From an uncultured bacterium (GTDB lineage: Bacteria; Krumholzibacteriota; Krumholzibacteriia; LZORAL124-64-63), in contig CBDTUS010000001.1 in assembly GCA_965363725.1 (NCBI GenBank), positions 2,460-66,459 on the forward strand: 64,000 nucleotides of DNA. Direction: 5' to 3'. The notes beneath the pieces are model-generated. The model did no database searches, was not told the origin of the DNA, and was given only the letters and a program-made list of their open reading frames with translations. A program made the translations under genes and the position numbers. Every line of letters begins with the position of its first letter. The stretch's first letter is position 1. This document shows, one piece after another, positions 1 to 9,698 of this stretch.

Positions 1-1326
1 GCCGGCGGCCAGGGAATCGGCGCGGTCGGGATCCAGACCGAGTTCCCCCACCAGAATATCCTGTAGAATGGATCGGGCCCCGTCTTCCGCCTGTTGGGCC
101 AAACGCTCCACCTGCCTGGGGTCCTCCCGTCCATGTTCACGGAAAGCCGCCAAAAGATCGGGGGAAAAATCCGGGGGAACCAACCAGGCGAACAGGCGAG
201 GCACCAGTGGAGATCGTTCGATGCCCAGCGCCTGGTATACGGGATCGAGTTGGCGAAGATAGGCCAGTTCACCCGGTCCGACCACGACGGCGGCCGGCTT
301 CAGAAGCCAGTCCTGCACCGGGCTGCGCAGCATGACCCCCGGCCTCAGAAGGCCGGCTTCCGGAGGGTCATCTCCTGGCGGAAGGGTAATCCGACGGTTG
401 CCATCGGTGGCAAAAAGTGGGCGGGCCGCCGACCTGGCGTTGATCTGCGCGTGCCAACCGGCTGCCGTGAGGTCTTCGCCGCGGCGGATCGCCATTTCGG
501 CCAAGTCACCGGTGCGGGCCAGGATCTTCTGGTATAGCGGCTCGGCAGCGGCGTGCAGTCCTGGATCATCACCCGACACCACCATCAAACCCTGCCCCCT
601 GAAAATCCGCAGCAGGGATCGACGTGTCAGACGGGCCCAGGTCCATCCTTCATCATTGGCCATCCGCCAGATGGCGGCCAGATCCACCGGCAGGGAATCG
701 GCCCCTGGACCATGGGAAACTTCCTTCAACCAGTCCGAACCGGCGGCAGTCCAGGGATCGCGGGCCATGGTGCCCAGGCGGGAAAATCTCCCGCCGGAAC
801 CGGGTTTCGGCAGAGGCGGCCCTCGGTGCAGGGCCCCGGATGCCGGATCCCAGACCACCGGGTTGAGCGCTTCGGCCAGGTCATCGTCAGCGTCCCCGCT
901 CCAGAACACGGGGATGGTGGGTAACCCGTTGGCGGTACGGATACGCGCCACAGCCACCGTCGTCGCGATTTTCAGCAACGTGTAGAGGGGACCGCCGAGA
1001 AATCCAGGCTGCTGGCCGGTGACCACGACTTGCGCCTGCCCGGACTGCAAAGCCGCCAGATCCTTTCGGAAAAGGACCCGGTCGTTTTCGGTGGGCAAAT
1101 CCGCACTCACCGATTCCACCCAGAGCGAAACCCAGCTGGACCGGAAAAGAGGTGGTGACTCCTGGCCCCCGACGGACCCACCCTGCAGGGCCAGTGCCAA
1201 TTCCCGGGATGCTGACCGGTGTTCGGGAGGCAGGAAGGCAGCTTCCAGGTCCCCTTGCACCCAATCCCTGAACAGGGCCGATCCCGGCAGGGCCTCTTTG
1301 AGTGTTTCCTGAGTGTTGATTTGCAT
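1..1326 (-). CDS. bshC: Bacillithiol-biosynthesis BshC-like protein (cysteine-adding enzyme family). The 3' end runs off the window start. It is not in the ORF track because there is no in-window stop codon.
   Basis: My manual minus-strand translation from the ATG at 1326 is open all the way to position 1. It contains QVVVTGQQPGFLGGPLYTLLKI and PVFWSGDADDDL, matching the BshC/YllA signature motifs (VGGQQAGLLTGPLYTIHK and IPIFWVAGEDHDLDE in B. subtilis). The upstream TAAGGATG gives a ribosome-binding site. Confidence 0.6.
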   Translation of the reverse strand, partial: MQINTQETLKEALPGSALFRDWVQGDLEAAFLPPEHRSASRELALALQGGSVGGQESPPLFRSSWVSLWVESVSADLPTENDRVLFRKDLAALQSGQAQVVVTGQQPGFLGGPLYTLLKIATTVAVARIRTANGLPTIPVFWSGDADDDLAEALNPVVWDPASGALHRGPPLPKPGSGGRFSRLGTMARDPWTAAGSDWLKEVSHGPGADSLPVDLAAIWRMANDEGWTWARLTRRSLLRIFRGQGLMVVSGDDPGLHAAAEPLYQKILARTGDLAEMAIRRGEDLTAAGWHAQINARSAARPLFATDGNRRITLPPGDDPPEAGLLRPGVMLRSPVQDWLLKPAAVVVGPGELAYLRQLDPVYQALGIERSPLVPRLFAWLVPPDFSPDLLAAFREHGREDPRQVERLAQQAEDGARSILQDILVGELGLDPDRADSLAAG

Positions 1327-1328
1327 CC

Positions 1329-2153
1329 TTATACCATATCGTCTTTTGGGGCTTTGCGAAACACCAGGATCCAACGGTCGCCCTGGCCAAGTGTCTCACC
1401 CAGATACCCTCCGGCGGCCGCCACCCGTACCAATCCTTCACGGGCCGCCATGGAATCCAGTTCCTCCAGGGTGAAAACCGCCACACTTTCCGTGTAGTCC
1501 AATCCTTCGGCGGGGACACCGAAGGCGGCGGCTTCGCCGAAGCAGCCTTCCAGTGGGGCCAATCGGACATGTTTGGTCACCTGGGACGAATCGGGATCAA
1601 AACGGCGTTCTTCCCTCACGGCCACCGGTCCCATTTCTCGAACCCGCACCAGGGACCCCTCGGGTCGGGATAGATCCCGACGGACCCGCTCCCCATCAAA
1701 ATAATCCAGGAACCAGTGTCCTCCAGGTTGAAGCACCCGGGCCACCTGACATATGGGCTCCCCGTTGGCAGCTGGGGGTCCGAAATACCCGAAAGCCGTG
1801 AACAGGGACAGAACCGAGGCGAAAGTCTTGTCCTGAAAAGGCAGGTGCCGCATGTCGCCCCGCACCAGAGCGGGCTTGGCCTCGGCGGCAAGACGCTTCC
1901 CTGCGCTCAGGAGTAGGTGCGGGGAGAGATCCAGACCGACGGCCGGGATCCCGCGCCGTGACAATATCTCGAGATGCCGGCCGTCGCCGCAGCCCAGATC
2001 GAGGATTTCCTGATCCGGCCTCCAGGTCAGGGGCGCCAGCCGGGGCAGAAGATCCAGACACTGCTCCGCCTCGGCATCGTTCCGATGCTGATACAGTAGG
2101 GGGTAGTGGGCCCCGAAAGCCCGGGTGTACCACCGGTCATCCAAGCGCGTCAC
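1329..2153 (-). CDS. Class I SAM-dependent methyltransferase.
   Basis: It has the ILDLGCGDGRHLEIL motif I and a downstream acidic motif II. A GTG start is likely near 2153; the ORF-track M at 2273 overlaps nadB. Confidence 0.7.
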   Translation of the reverse strand: MTRLDDRWYTRAFGAHYPLLYQHRNDAEAEQCLDLLPRLAPLTWRPDQEILDLGCGDGRHLEILSRRGIPAVGLDLSPHLLLSAGKRLAAEAKPALVRGDMRHLPFQDKTFASVLSLFTAFGYFGPPAANGEPICQVARVLQPGGHWFLDYFDGERVRRDLSRPEGSLVRVREMGPVAVREERRFDPDSSQVTKHVRLAPLEGCFGEAAAFGVPAEGLDYTESVAVFTLEELDSMAAREGLVRVAAAGGYLGETLGQGDRWILVFRKAPKDDMV

Positions 2154-3825
2154 CCGTTTCCGTTGGCTCCCGTTCCCAGCTGGATTCACCTTCCAGGATA
2201 TCCCCCCGTGAAATGATGGTATCGGCCTCGAAGTCCAACTTGTGCGGATGATCCAGGGTGTAGTGCAGGCCACGGCTTTCCTTGCGGGCGCGGGCGCACA
2301 GGACGATCAGCTCTCCCAGCAAAGCGATATTCCGCAACTCCACCAACGGCGGATTGATGACCGACGACTGGTAGACCATTTCCACGGTCTGTCGGATGGA
2401 CCGCAGCCGCTCCAGGGCGATGTCCAGCCGTTCGCGGTTGCGAACAATACCGACGTAGTCCCACATCACCCGGCGGACCAGATCCCAGTCGTGTTCCAGA
2501 ACCATGGCCTCAGCACCGGGGCCGTGGCTGTCCCGTCCTCCGAAACCCGGCGAAAGGACCGGGGCCGTCGACCCGAGGATTTCCGGCTCGGCGGCCACCG
2601 CCTCGGCGGCTCGGGAGGCGAAAAAAACCGCTTCGAGCAACGAGTTGCTGGCCAGGCGGTTGGCCCCGTGGACTCCGGTGCAGGCCACCTCGCCAATGGC
2701 GTACAACCCGGGCAGGCTGGAATGGGCAGACAGGTCCACAGCCACGCCGCCGCACATGTAGTGGGCCGCCGGGACAACCGGGACCGGTTCACCGGCCATG
2801 TCGATCCCGAAGCGGGCGCACATCTCCATCAGGTGGGGAAAACGCGCCTCTACCTGGGTGCGGTCCAGATGGCTCAGGTCCAGGAATGCCGAAGAATCGC
2901 CGCTGTTCTTCATTTCCTGGTCGATGCTGCGGGCCACCACGTCGCGGGGCGCCAGCTCCCCCATCTGGTGGTAACGGGCCATGAACCGTTCCCCTCGTCC
3001 GTTGATCAGATGGGCGCCTTCACCCCGCACGGCTTCGGAGATCAGGAAGCTCTTGGCCTCCGGATGAAACAGGCAGGTGGGGTGGAACTGGACGAATTCG
3101 AGGTTGCGGACTTCGGCACCCGCCCGGTAGGCCATGGCCAATCCGTCGCCGGTGGCGATATCGGGATTGCTCGTGTAGCTGTAGACCTTGCCGCAGCCGC
3201 CGGTGGCCAGCACCACGGCATCCGCGAGATAGGCCTGCCGGGTCAGGGTGCCCCGGTCCAGGACCAGACAGCCCACCACCCGGTCGCGGTATTCCTCTTC
3301 CAGACCCAAAACATCACCCTTGAGCAGCTCCAGGCCCATGTGATCTTCTTCCAGGGTGATGTTGGGATGCAGTGCACAGGCTTCCAGCAACCGGGTTTCG
3401 ATCTCCCGCCCGGTCAGATCCCGGCAGTGCAGCACCCGGCGCCGGGAATGCCCGCCTTCCCTTCCCAGCGCATAGTCGGCGTCGGGGCCCTCCCCTTCGC
3501 GGCTGAACTGGACGCCATAGGAAAGCAGGCGGTCGATCAGGTCCGGTCCCGCCTCGACCATCCTCCGGACGACATCGGTGTCGCACAGGCCGTCCCCGGC
3601 CATCAGGGTGTCCTGAACATGGGTTTCGAAGTCGTCCAGGGGCGATACCGCCGCCGCGATGCCTCCCTGGGCGTAATTCGTGTTGCTCTCGCGGCTTTCC
3701 TTCTTAGTGACGACCCGCACCGTCCCGTTTTTGGCCGCATGCAGGGCGAACTGGAGGCCAGCGATTCCGGTACCTACTACCAGGCAGCGACTTACGATCA
3801 CGTCAGCGACAAATTGAGAAGTCAC
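2137..3825 (-). CDS. nadB: L-aspartate oxidase.
   Basis: It has an FAD-binding GTGIAGL N-terminus and the succinate dehydrogenase/fumarate reductase flavoprotein fold motifs. A GGAGG ribosome-binding site lies 9 nt before the GTG at 3825. Confidence 0.9.
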   Translation of the reverse strand: MTSQFVADVIVSRCLVVGTGIAGLQFALHAAKNGTVRVVTKKESRESNTNYAQGGIAAAVSPLDDFETHVQDTLMAGDGLCDTDVVRRMVEAGPDLIDRLLSYGVQFSREGEGPDADYALGREGGHSRRRVLHCRDLTGREIETRLLEACALHPNITLEEDHMGLELLKGDVLGLEEEYRDRVVGCLVLDRGTLTRQAYLADAVVLATGGCGKVYSYTSNPDIATGDGLAMAYRAGAEVRNLEFVQFHPTCLFHPEAKSFLISEAVRGEGAHLINGRGERFMARYHQMGELAPRDVVARSIDQEMKNSGDSSAFLDLSHLDRTQVEARFPHLMEMCARFGIDMAGEPVPVVPAAHYMCGGVAVDLSAHSSLPGLYAIGEVACTGVHGANRLASNSLLEAVFFASRAAEAVAAEPEILGSTAPVLSPGFGGRDSHGPGAEAMVLEHDWDLVRRVMWDYVGIVRNRERLDIALERLRSIRQTVEMVYQSSVINPPLVELRNIALLGELIVLCARARKESRGLHYTLDHPHKLDFEADTIISRGDILEGESSWEREPTETGDALG

Positions 3826-3981
3826 GAAAAACTCGCCTCCAGTTGAGGACCGGTGATTGAAAACCACCTCAGGATATTCAGGTTAAATCTGCTAAAGGTC
3901 AGCCGCCAATGGACGAATAAATTCCTGTCAATTGGAATCTCTATATTCCACAGGATGTCTGTCCACCGGGAGGGTGAAACT

Positions 3982-4578
3982 GTGAATTCCCGTGCGCTGA
4001 TCACTATGATGGCCCTGATGATGGGGCTGGCCGCCCTGACCGGCTGCAGTGATAACAGCAATGAACTGCAACGCCTCGTCTGCGAGGTGGAATCCGTCAA
4101 TGAAGGTATCCCCCTGATCTCGGCGGCGCTCAACGCCGGCGGTGACGGTTTTGTGGGTGGTGGGGACGATTTCGTGCCCATCGACTCCGTGCCCGTGATC
4201 TTCCGGGCCAGGGCCTACAACGCGTCCATGAACATCCCGACTGATGGGGTGTACAGCTCCTTCATCATCACGGCCTACGACTTGACCTGGACCTCCAACG
4301 ACCCGAACGCCCCGGCGAACCTGTCCGACTTCAACATCACAGACGGTTTTGCCAGTGTCCAGGTGCGACTCGAAAATGACGCGGCCATCAGCGTCCTGGT
4401 CGCCCCTCTGGAAATGAAGCAGCAGACCTGGTTCCAGAATTTGGTGAACGTTCCGGGCACTCCTGCGTTCACGGCCTGGGCCGCCCTCACCTTCAAGGGC
4501 CACGTTTCGGGCACCGACCACATGACCGAGATCCCCACGGGCTTGATGGTCAACTTTATCGGCGTCGTGGTCGAATAA
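3982..4578 (+). CDS. Hypothetical lipoprotein. It is one of only two plus-strand genes.
   Basis: The GTG start is preceded by GGAGGG. The signal peptide has an LTGC lipobox. I recognise no domain. Confidence 0.55.
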   Translation: MNSRALITMMALMMGLAALTGCSDNSNELQRLVCEVESVNEGIPLISAALNAGGDGFVGGGDDFVPIDSVPVIFRARAYNASMNIPTDGVYSSFIITAYDLTWTSNDPNAPANLSDFNITDGFASVQVRLENDAAISVLVAPLEMKQQTWFQNLVNVPGTPAFTAWAALTFKGHVSGTDHMTEIPTGLMVNFIGVVVE

Positions 4579-4583
4579 CCGAC

Positions 4584-5693
4584 CTACCGCCGGCGAAATT
4601 TCTCAAGGCGCTCCCGGACCAGTGCGGGGAGCGCCTTGTCGCGTCCCCAACCGATCGCCAGGTCCGCCACCAGCACCTTCCATTCCGGAGGCAGGAACGG
4701 TCCCAGTTTGACCCAGTCCTTGGCCGTCGTCACCAGGAAATCGGCTCCCTCTTCCCGGGCCGCCCTCAGGATACGGGCGGTGACCCGCGGCCCATAGGCG
4801 GCATGGTCAGCGCACCTGACGGACAGGACGGGGTCTTCTGGCAGGAGGTGGACCAGGGAAGCTTCGAAAGATTCCGGTCGGGCGATTCCTGAAACGAGTG
4901 CCGCTCGTCCAGCGGGTTGGTCCACCCGAACGTGGGCCACTGGATCCCGCAGGGTCAATTGCCGCTGGAAACGAACCACCGCCTGTCCGCCAACACCCTG
5001 GTCCGGTCCCCGATGGTCGGTTTCCAGAAGCCATATCCCGGCCCGGACGGCGCCGGCGGCAGATTCCCGCCAGGGACCAAAAGGAATGACGGAGCCGGTG
5101 ACCGGACTGATTCTGGAAGCGCCCCCGGCCGTGACGGTGGTCCAGCTGTCGAGGATCAGGATGTCCAGGTCACGCCCCAGGCCCGCGGTCTGGTGCCCAT
5201 CCTCCACGATCACGATTTCCACATCCGGTGTCAGTTGGAGCAGGTGGTCCAGGCCCGCCGGGCGGCGCCGCGCCTGGATCACCGACCAGCCCTCACCCTC
5301 CAGGGCCAGGGACAGAAGCCGAGCTTCATCACCAGCCAGGACATTGTCCGAGCGAACCGCCAGGGGCCCCGCCAAGGGGGAACCGAATCCCCGGGTCAGA
5401 ACCGCACCTTTGATACCATCGGCGGCCAGGGCGGTGGCCAGGGCAGCCACCACGGGGGTCTTGCCGGTGCCTCCCAGGGCGAGATTCCCGACCGAAACGA
5501 TCAAGGGGCCCTGGCCTTGAGGGCGGCGGTGGGATACCCGGCGGGCCATGAACTTGTCCGCCAGCCTGGCCGCCAACCGTGACAGCGGTGGGTGAGAAGG
5601 GGGTTCGGCGATTTCACCGCGGACGGTCTGGCCACCGCCCCACAGGGTTGACATGAATTTCACGGTCCGGGGCCTGAGATCGAGAACCCTCAT
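4584..5693 (-). CDS. lpxK: Tetraacyldisaccharide 4'-kinase.
   Basis: It has the VSVGNLALGGTGKTP P-loop typical of LpxK. Confidence 0.85.
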   Translation of the reverse strand: MRVLDLRPRTVKFMSTLWGGGQTVRGEIAEPPSHPPLSRLAARLADKFMARRVSHRRPQGQGPLIVSVGNLALGGTGKTPVVAALATALAADGIKGAVLTRGFGSPLAGPLAVRSDNVLAGDEARLLSLALEGEGWSVIQARRRPAGLDHLLQLTPDVEIVIVEDGHQTAGLGRDLDILILDSWTTVTAGGASRISPVTGSVIPFGPWRESAAGAVRAGIWLLETDHRGPDQGVGGQAVVRFQRQLTLRDPVAHVRVDQPAGRAALVSGIARPESFEASLVHLLPEDPVLSVRCADHAAYGPRVTARILRAAREEGADFLVTTAKDWVKLGPFLPPEWKVLVADLAIGWGRDKALPALVRERLEKFRRR

Positions 5694-6301
5694 TTTGGCT
5701 CCTGGTCGACGCCGAAAAAAACCGCCAACTGATTCAGGAATTCCTTCAGCTCGGTTTCCCCAGCCGAGGATGAAATGTGCAGAATAGGCCCGACAATCAT
5801 CGCCACTTTGCGGAATGGAACCGGTACGACGGTCCTGTCCCAGGTGTCGAGGACCAGAGGCCGGCTGGCCCGGGCCACGAGCGGGACCACGGGTGCACCT
5901 GTCAGTCGGGCCAGGTGCAGGACACCTTCCCGTATGGACCCGAACGGACCCTCGGGCCCATCCACCGCAATCCCCACACTGTATCCCGAACCCAGTTCCC
6001 GCCGCAACTGGACCAGCGCCCGTCCCCCATCCCCGCCGGTGGCCCCCCGGGCGAAGCGGTAATCGCGATGACTCAGGGTCCGGACCAGGATATCCCCATC
6101 CGGGCTATTGCTCACCAGAAGCGCGGGATGGGCGGTTCGAACATGCATGATGGCGGGCAGGATGTCACGGTGAAGACAGGCAAAGATAAAGGGTCCCGCA
6201 CCGAGGTTTTTCGGGGGATCGAACTCCTCCAGACGGACGGTGGCTTTCAGAAAACGCCAGACCCCGGGAGCCAGCGCCATCTTCAGTCCGTGGAGCAACA
6301 T
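5690..6301 (-). CDS. DUF374 lysophospholipid acyltransferase-like protein, placed between lpxB and lpxK.
   Basis: It has the composition of that family and sits in the conserved position between lpxB/waaA and lpxK. Its ATG overlaps the lpxB stop. Confidence 0.65.
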   Translation of the reverse strand: MLLHGLKMALAPGVWRFLKATVRLEEFDPPKNLGAGPFIFACLHRDILPAIMHVRTAHPALLVSNSPDGDILVRTLSHRDYRFARGATGGDGGRALVQLRRELGSGYSVGIAVDGPEGPFGSIREGVLHLARLTGAPVVPLVARASRPLVLDTWDRTVVPVPFRKVAMIVGPILHISSSAGETELKEFLNQLAVFFGVDQEPK

Positions 6302-7506
6302 CACCGGCTGTTTCCGGGAATGTCGCCCGGCACGACATCCTTCGCTGGCGGCAGCATATCCAGAGCAGCCCGAGCGGTGCGGTCCCACACTCCCTGGGGA
6401 CCGCAAACCTGCCTCAGGCTGCGTACGTGTCCGTAGAAATCCTGGCGTTCGGCGGGACGGGCCAACCAGCGCAGGAGACTGCGCGCCATCGGCAGGGGCG
6501 AGACGGCGTCCTGGAGGTGTTCGCGCACCATCTCCTGTCCCAGGATGATGTTGCTCAACCCGATATGGGGTGTCCGCACCAGGTGCCGGCCCACGAAGGC
6601 GTTGAGCGCCCCCGTGCGGTAGACAAGTTCATGGGGCACACCTGCCAGAGCGGCCTCCAGGCTGGCGGTGCCGCTGCACACCAGGGCCAGGTCGGCTTCG
6701 GCCAGCAGCTGCGGCAGCGGTCGGTCGGTGATGGCCACCGGAGATTCGAAAACGGAACTGATGGTCAAAGGGTCGACTCCCGGAGCCACGCTCACCATGA
6801 AACGGACATCCCGGGTTCCCACGTGCCCCATGATCGCCTGACCGGTGACCTTGAGCACTGGCAACAGATGCTTCAGTTCCTGCCGCCGGCTGCCGGGCAG
6901 GATGACGATGGTCAAGGGCATTTCCCGGTTTCCAAGACGGGCTTCCCGGGCGGCCAGCTTTTCCTCGAATCCGTAATCCACGCCGTAGTCTTCCATCAGG
7001 GGATGTCCCATGGGAAATACGTCGAAGCCACGTTCGGAAAAAAATTCGGTTTCGAAGGGCAGGATGGTGCCGAGCCGGTCGATTTTTCGTCTGAACCCGG
7101 GGATACGCCAAGCCCCCCAGGCCCAGACCTGGGGCGCAATGAGCCAGAAGACAGGCAGCTTCATCCCGTGGGCATGGGAAGCCAGCTTGCCGTTGAAGCC
7201 GGGAAAATCAATGGGGACAACCAGCTCGACCGACTGTTCCTTGAGGTGCCGCCAGATCCGACTGCGGACCTTCAAAAGGGTCGGCAGGGCCCCCACGATT
7301 TCCGAAAAACCCATGACCGAGAGTTCCTCGGCATCGGCCACCATCTCCACCCCTGCGGCCGCCATGGCGGATCCTCCCAGGGCAGAAATCCTCAAATCCG
7401 GGTCCAAAGACCGAAGAGCGGCCGTCAAAGCCGCTCCGTATCGGTCCCCGCTGGCTTCGCCGCAGGAGATGAAAACATGTCGCGGTGGCGCCGAGGGCAC
7501 GGTCAC
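6301..7506 (-). CDS. lpxB: Lipid-A-disaccharide synthase.
   Basis: It has the N-terminal ISCGEASGD motif and is the length of a GT19 enzyme. Confidence 0.9.
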   Translation of the reverse strand: MTVPSAPPRHVFISCGEASGDRYGAALTAALRSLDPDLRISALGGSAMAAAGVEMVADAEELSVMGFSEIVGALPTLLKVRSRIWRHLKEQSVELVVPIDFPGFNGKLASHAHGMKLPVFWLIAPQVWAWGAWRIPGFRRKIDRLGTILPFETEFFSERGFDVFPMGHPLMEDYGVDYGFEEKLAAREARLGNREMPLTIVILPGSRRQELKHLLPVLKVTGQAIMGHVGTRDVRFMVSVAPGVDPLTISSVFESPVAITDRPLPQLLAEADLALVCSGTASLEAALAGVPHELVYRTGALNAFVGRHLVRTPHIGLSNIILGQEMVREHLQDAVSPLPMARSLLRWLARPAERQDFYGHVRSLRQVCGPQGVWDRTARAALDMLPPAKDVVPGDIPGNSR

Positions 7507-7534
7507 TCAACCTCGGCAGCCGGACCAGGAATCG

Positions 7535-8314
7535 TCAACGTACGATCCCCCGGTCGGAACGGCGAATGAACGCCATCAGGGCCTCGGTGTGTTTGGTCAG
7601 CTTGCAGTCGGCCGCGATCCGGTCCATCGCCTGGGTCACGTTCAGGCCCGAGCGGTACAGCAATCGGTAGGCCTTCTTCAGGATCATCAGGTCCTCATCG
7701 CTGAAACCGTTGCGTTTCAGTCCGATGCTGTTGATACCGTGGACTTCCACGGGACTGCCGGCCACCTTGACGAAAGGCGGAACATCCTGCGACAGGCGGC
7801 TGGCGCCGCCGATGAAGGCGTAGGCGCCGATGCGGACGAACTGGTGAACGGGTGTCAGCCCGCCGACGGTGACGTGGCTTTCCACCTCCACGTGACCGGC
7901 CAGGTTGACCGCGTTGGCCAGGACACTGTTGTCGTGGATGTGGCAGTTGTGGGCGATATGGGCGTAGGCCATCAACAGATTGTTGTCGCCGATCCGGGTC
8001 TGGTCCCCGTCGCCCGTCGCCAGATGGACGGTGCAGTATTCCCGGAAATCGTTGTTGTCGCCGATTTCAAGGTAGGTCGTTTCACCTTCGAATTTCTTGT
8101 CCTGGGGTTCGCAGCCGATGGCCGCTCCGTGAAAGAACCGGTTGTTCCTGCCGATGGTCGTCCGGCCCTCGACGAGGACGGAGGTGCCCACCACGCAGTC
8201 CGGTCCCATCACCACGTCCGGGCCGATCACCGAATGGGGACCCACCTTGACGTTGTGACCGATCCGGGCCGAGGGATGCACCACCGCGGTGGCGTGAATC
8301 TCCGGCTCGCTCAT
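7535..8314 (-). CDS. lpxA: Acyl-ACP--UDP-GlcNAc O-acyltransferase.
   Basis: It has left-handed beta-helix hexapeptide repeats and an MSEPEIHATAVVHP start. It lies in the lipid A operon. Confidence 0.9.
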   Translation of the reverse strand: MSEPEIHATAVVHPSARIGHNVKVGPHSVIGPDVVMGPDCVVGTSVLVEGRTTIGRNNRFFHGAAIGCEPQDKKFEGETTYLEIGDNNDFREYCTVHLATGDGDQTRIGDNNLLMAYAHIAHNCHIHDNSVLANAVNLAGHVEVESHVTVGGLTPVHQFVRIGAYAFIGGASRLSQDVPPFVKVAGSPVEVHGINSIGLKRNGFSDEDLMILKKAYRLLYRSGLNVTQAMDRIAADCKLTKHTEALMAFIRRSDRGIVR

Positions 8315-8381
8315 CGGACGGGGACCGACAACCTTGTTGATCTTTACCGGGTCCAAGATATGCCTCCTCAAAAGTGGCGGA

Positions 8382-9695
8382 TCAGCTCTCCACCACGGTA
8401 GACATGAGATCCGCCTCGGCGACCTTTTTGTCGCCGACCCAAGCGGTTCCATGCATCTTGCAAATCGGGCCTCTGAGTTTCAACATTTCACATTCGAATC
8501 TGAGCTGGTCTCCAGGTGTCACGGGATGACGGAACCGGGCTTTGTCAATGCCGCTGAAGTAGACGAGCTTGCCCTTGGGGTCTTCGAAGCCGCTCATCAG
8601 CAGCACGCCGCCGGTCTGGGCCATGGCTTCGATGATCAGCACCGCCGGCATGATGGGGTGTCCCGGGAAGTGCCCCTCGAAGAAGGGTTCGTTGACCGTC
8701 ACGTTCTTGATACCACAAACCCTTTTGCCGGGTTCCAGATCATAAATCCGGTCCACCAGCAGAAAGGGGTAACGATGGGGCATGATCTCCATGATGGAGC
8801 CGATATCCCAGTATTCCGGATTGCGCGGCGGATAGATGCGGGGCATGCGGCGCTCGGCCTGGGCCAGCACCTTGGCGAATTCCACGTTCCCGGCGTGCCC
8901 GGAGAGTTTGGCGGTGACATGCCCCTTGATGGGCATACCCAGCAGGGTCAAATCGCCGATCAGGTCCAGGATCTTGTGCCGCACGCATTCATCGATGAAT
9001 CGTAGTTCCTGGCCTCCGGCAAGCTCCCCATCATCAAACACCAGGGCGTTTTCGAAGGAACCACCCTTGACCAGCCCCATCTCCTGCAGGCGGGCCACGT
9101 CCTTCATCATGGCGAAGGTGCGGGCCGGAGCGATCTCCTTCCGGTAAATGGAAGGATGGATTTCATAGGTGGCCTGCTGGACCCCGATCTTGGGATCCTC
9201 GTAGTCGATGATGAACGTCACCGTGAAATGTTCCGCCGGAACCGCGCTCAACTCCACTTCACCCTGACGCCAGGATACCGGTCGGTTGATCTTGTGATAG
9301 ACGGCCGGCAGGCCCTGGGCCTCGACCCCGGCTTCATCGATCATGGCCACGTAGGTCATGGCGCTGGCGCATTCGGGAACCGGCGGCTCCCCACCCTCCA
9401 AACGGATCAAACAGTTGGTGATCCCCATTCCGGCCAATCCGGAAAGGACGTGCTCCACGGTGTGGATCGTCACTCCATCCTTGGCCAGGGTGGTCGCGCG
9501 AATAAGGTCCGCCTGGTCGGCCACGTATTCCACCAGGGCGGGGATCCGGACTTCACCTTCGGGGCCGGGCACCACGAACACCAGCCCCGTGTTGGGCGGC
9601 GCGGGGATGAAGGTCATCCGGGAAAACTCACCGGAATGCAGGCCAATGCCCTCGGTGGAGACTTCCCTTTTCAATGTTTTCTGGAACCAGAGCAA
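8382..9695 (-). CDS. lpxC/fabZ: Bifunctional UDP-3-O-acyl-GlcNAc deacetylase / 3-hydroxyacyl-ACP dehydratase (an LpxC-FabZ fusion).
   Basis: The N-terminal roughly 290 aa are LpxC-like ([22 protein letters not shown]...). The C-terminal roughly 145 aa form a FabZ hot-dog fold ([12 protein letters not shown]...[23 protein letters not shown]). Confidence 0.9.
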   Translation of the reverse strand: MLWFQKTLKREVSTEGIGLHSGEFSRMTFIPAPPNTGLVFVVPGPEGEVRIPALVEYVADQADLIRATTLAKDGVTIHTVEHVLSGLAGMGITNCLIRLEGGEPPVPECASAMTYVAMIDEAGVEAQGLPAVYHKINRPVSWRQGEVELSAVPAEHFTVTFIIDYEDPKIGVQQATYEIHPSIYRKEIAPARTFAMMKDVARLQEMGLVKGGSFENALVFDDGELAGGQELRFIDECVRHKILDLIGDLTLLGMPIKGHVTAKLSGHAGNVEFAKVLAQAERRMPRIYPPRNPEYWDIGSIMEIMPHRYPFLLVDRIYDLEPGKRVCGIKNVTVNEPFFEGHFPGHPIMPAVLIIEAMAQTGGVLLMSGFEDPKGKLVYFSGIDKARFRHPVTPGDQLRFECEMLKLRGPICKMHGTAWVGDKKVAEADLMSTVVES

Positions 9696-9698
9696 CCG

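Noticed and set aside
332-1570. Several overlapping track ORFs cover the first 1.5 kb (332-985 +, 887-1570 -, 553-924 +).
   Set aside because: The low-complexity R/S/P/W-rich translations are superseded by the single open minus-strand frame encoding the BshC-like protein. That frame has no in-window stop, which is why it is missing from the track.
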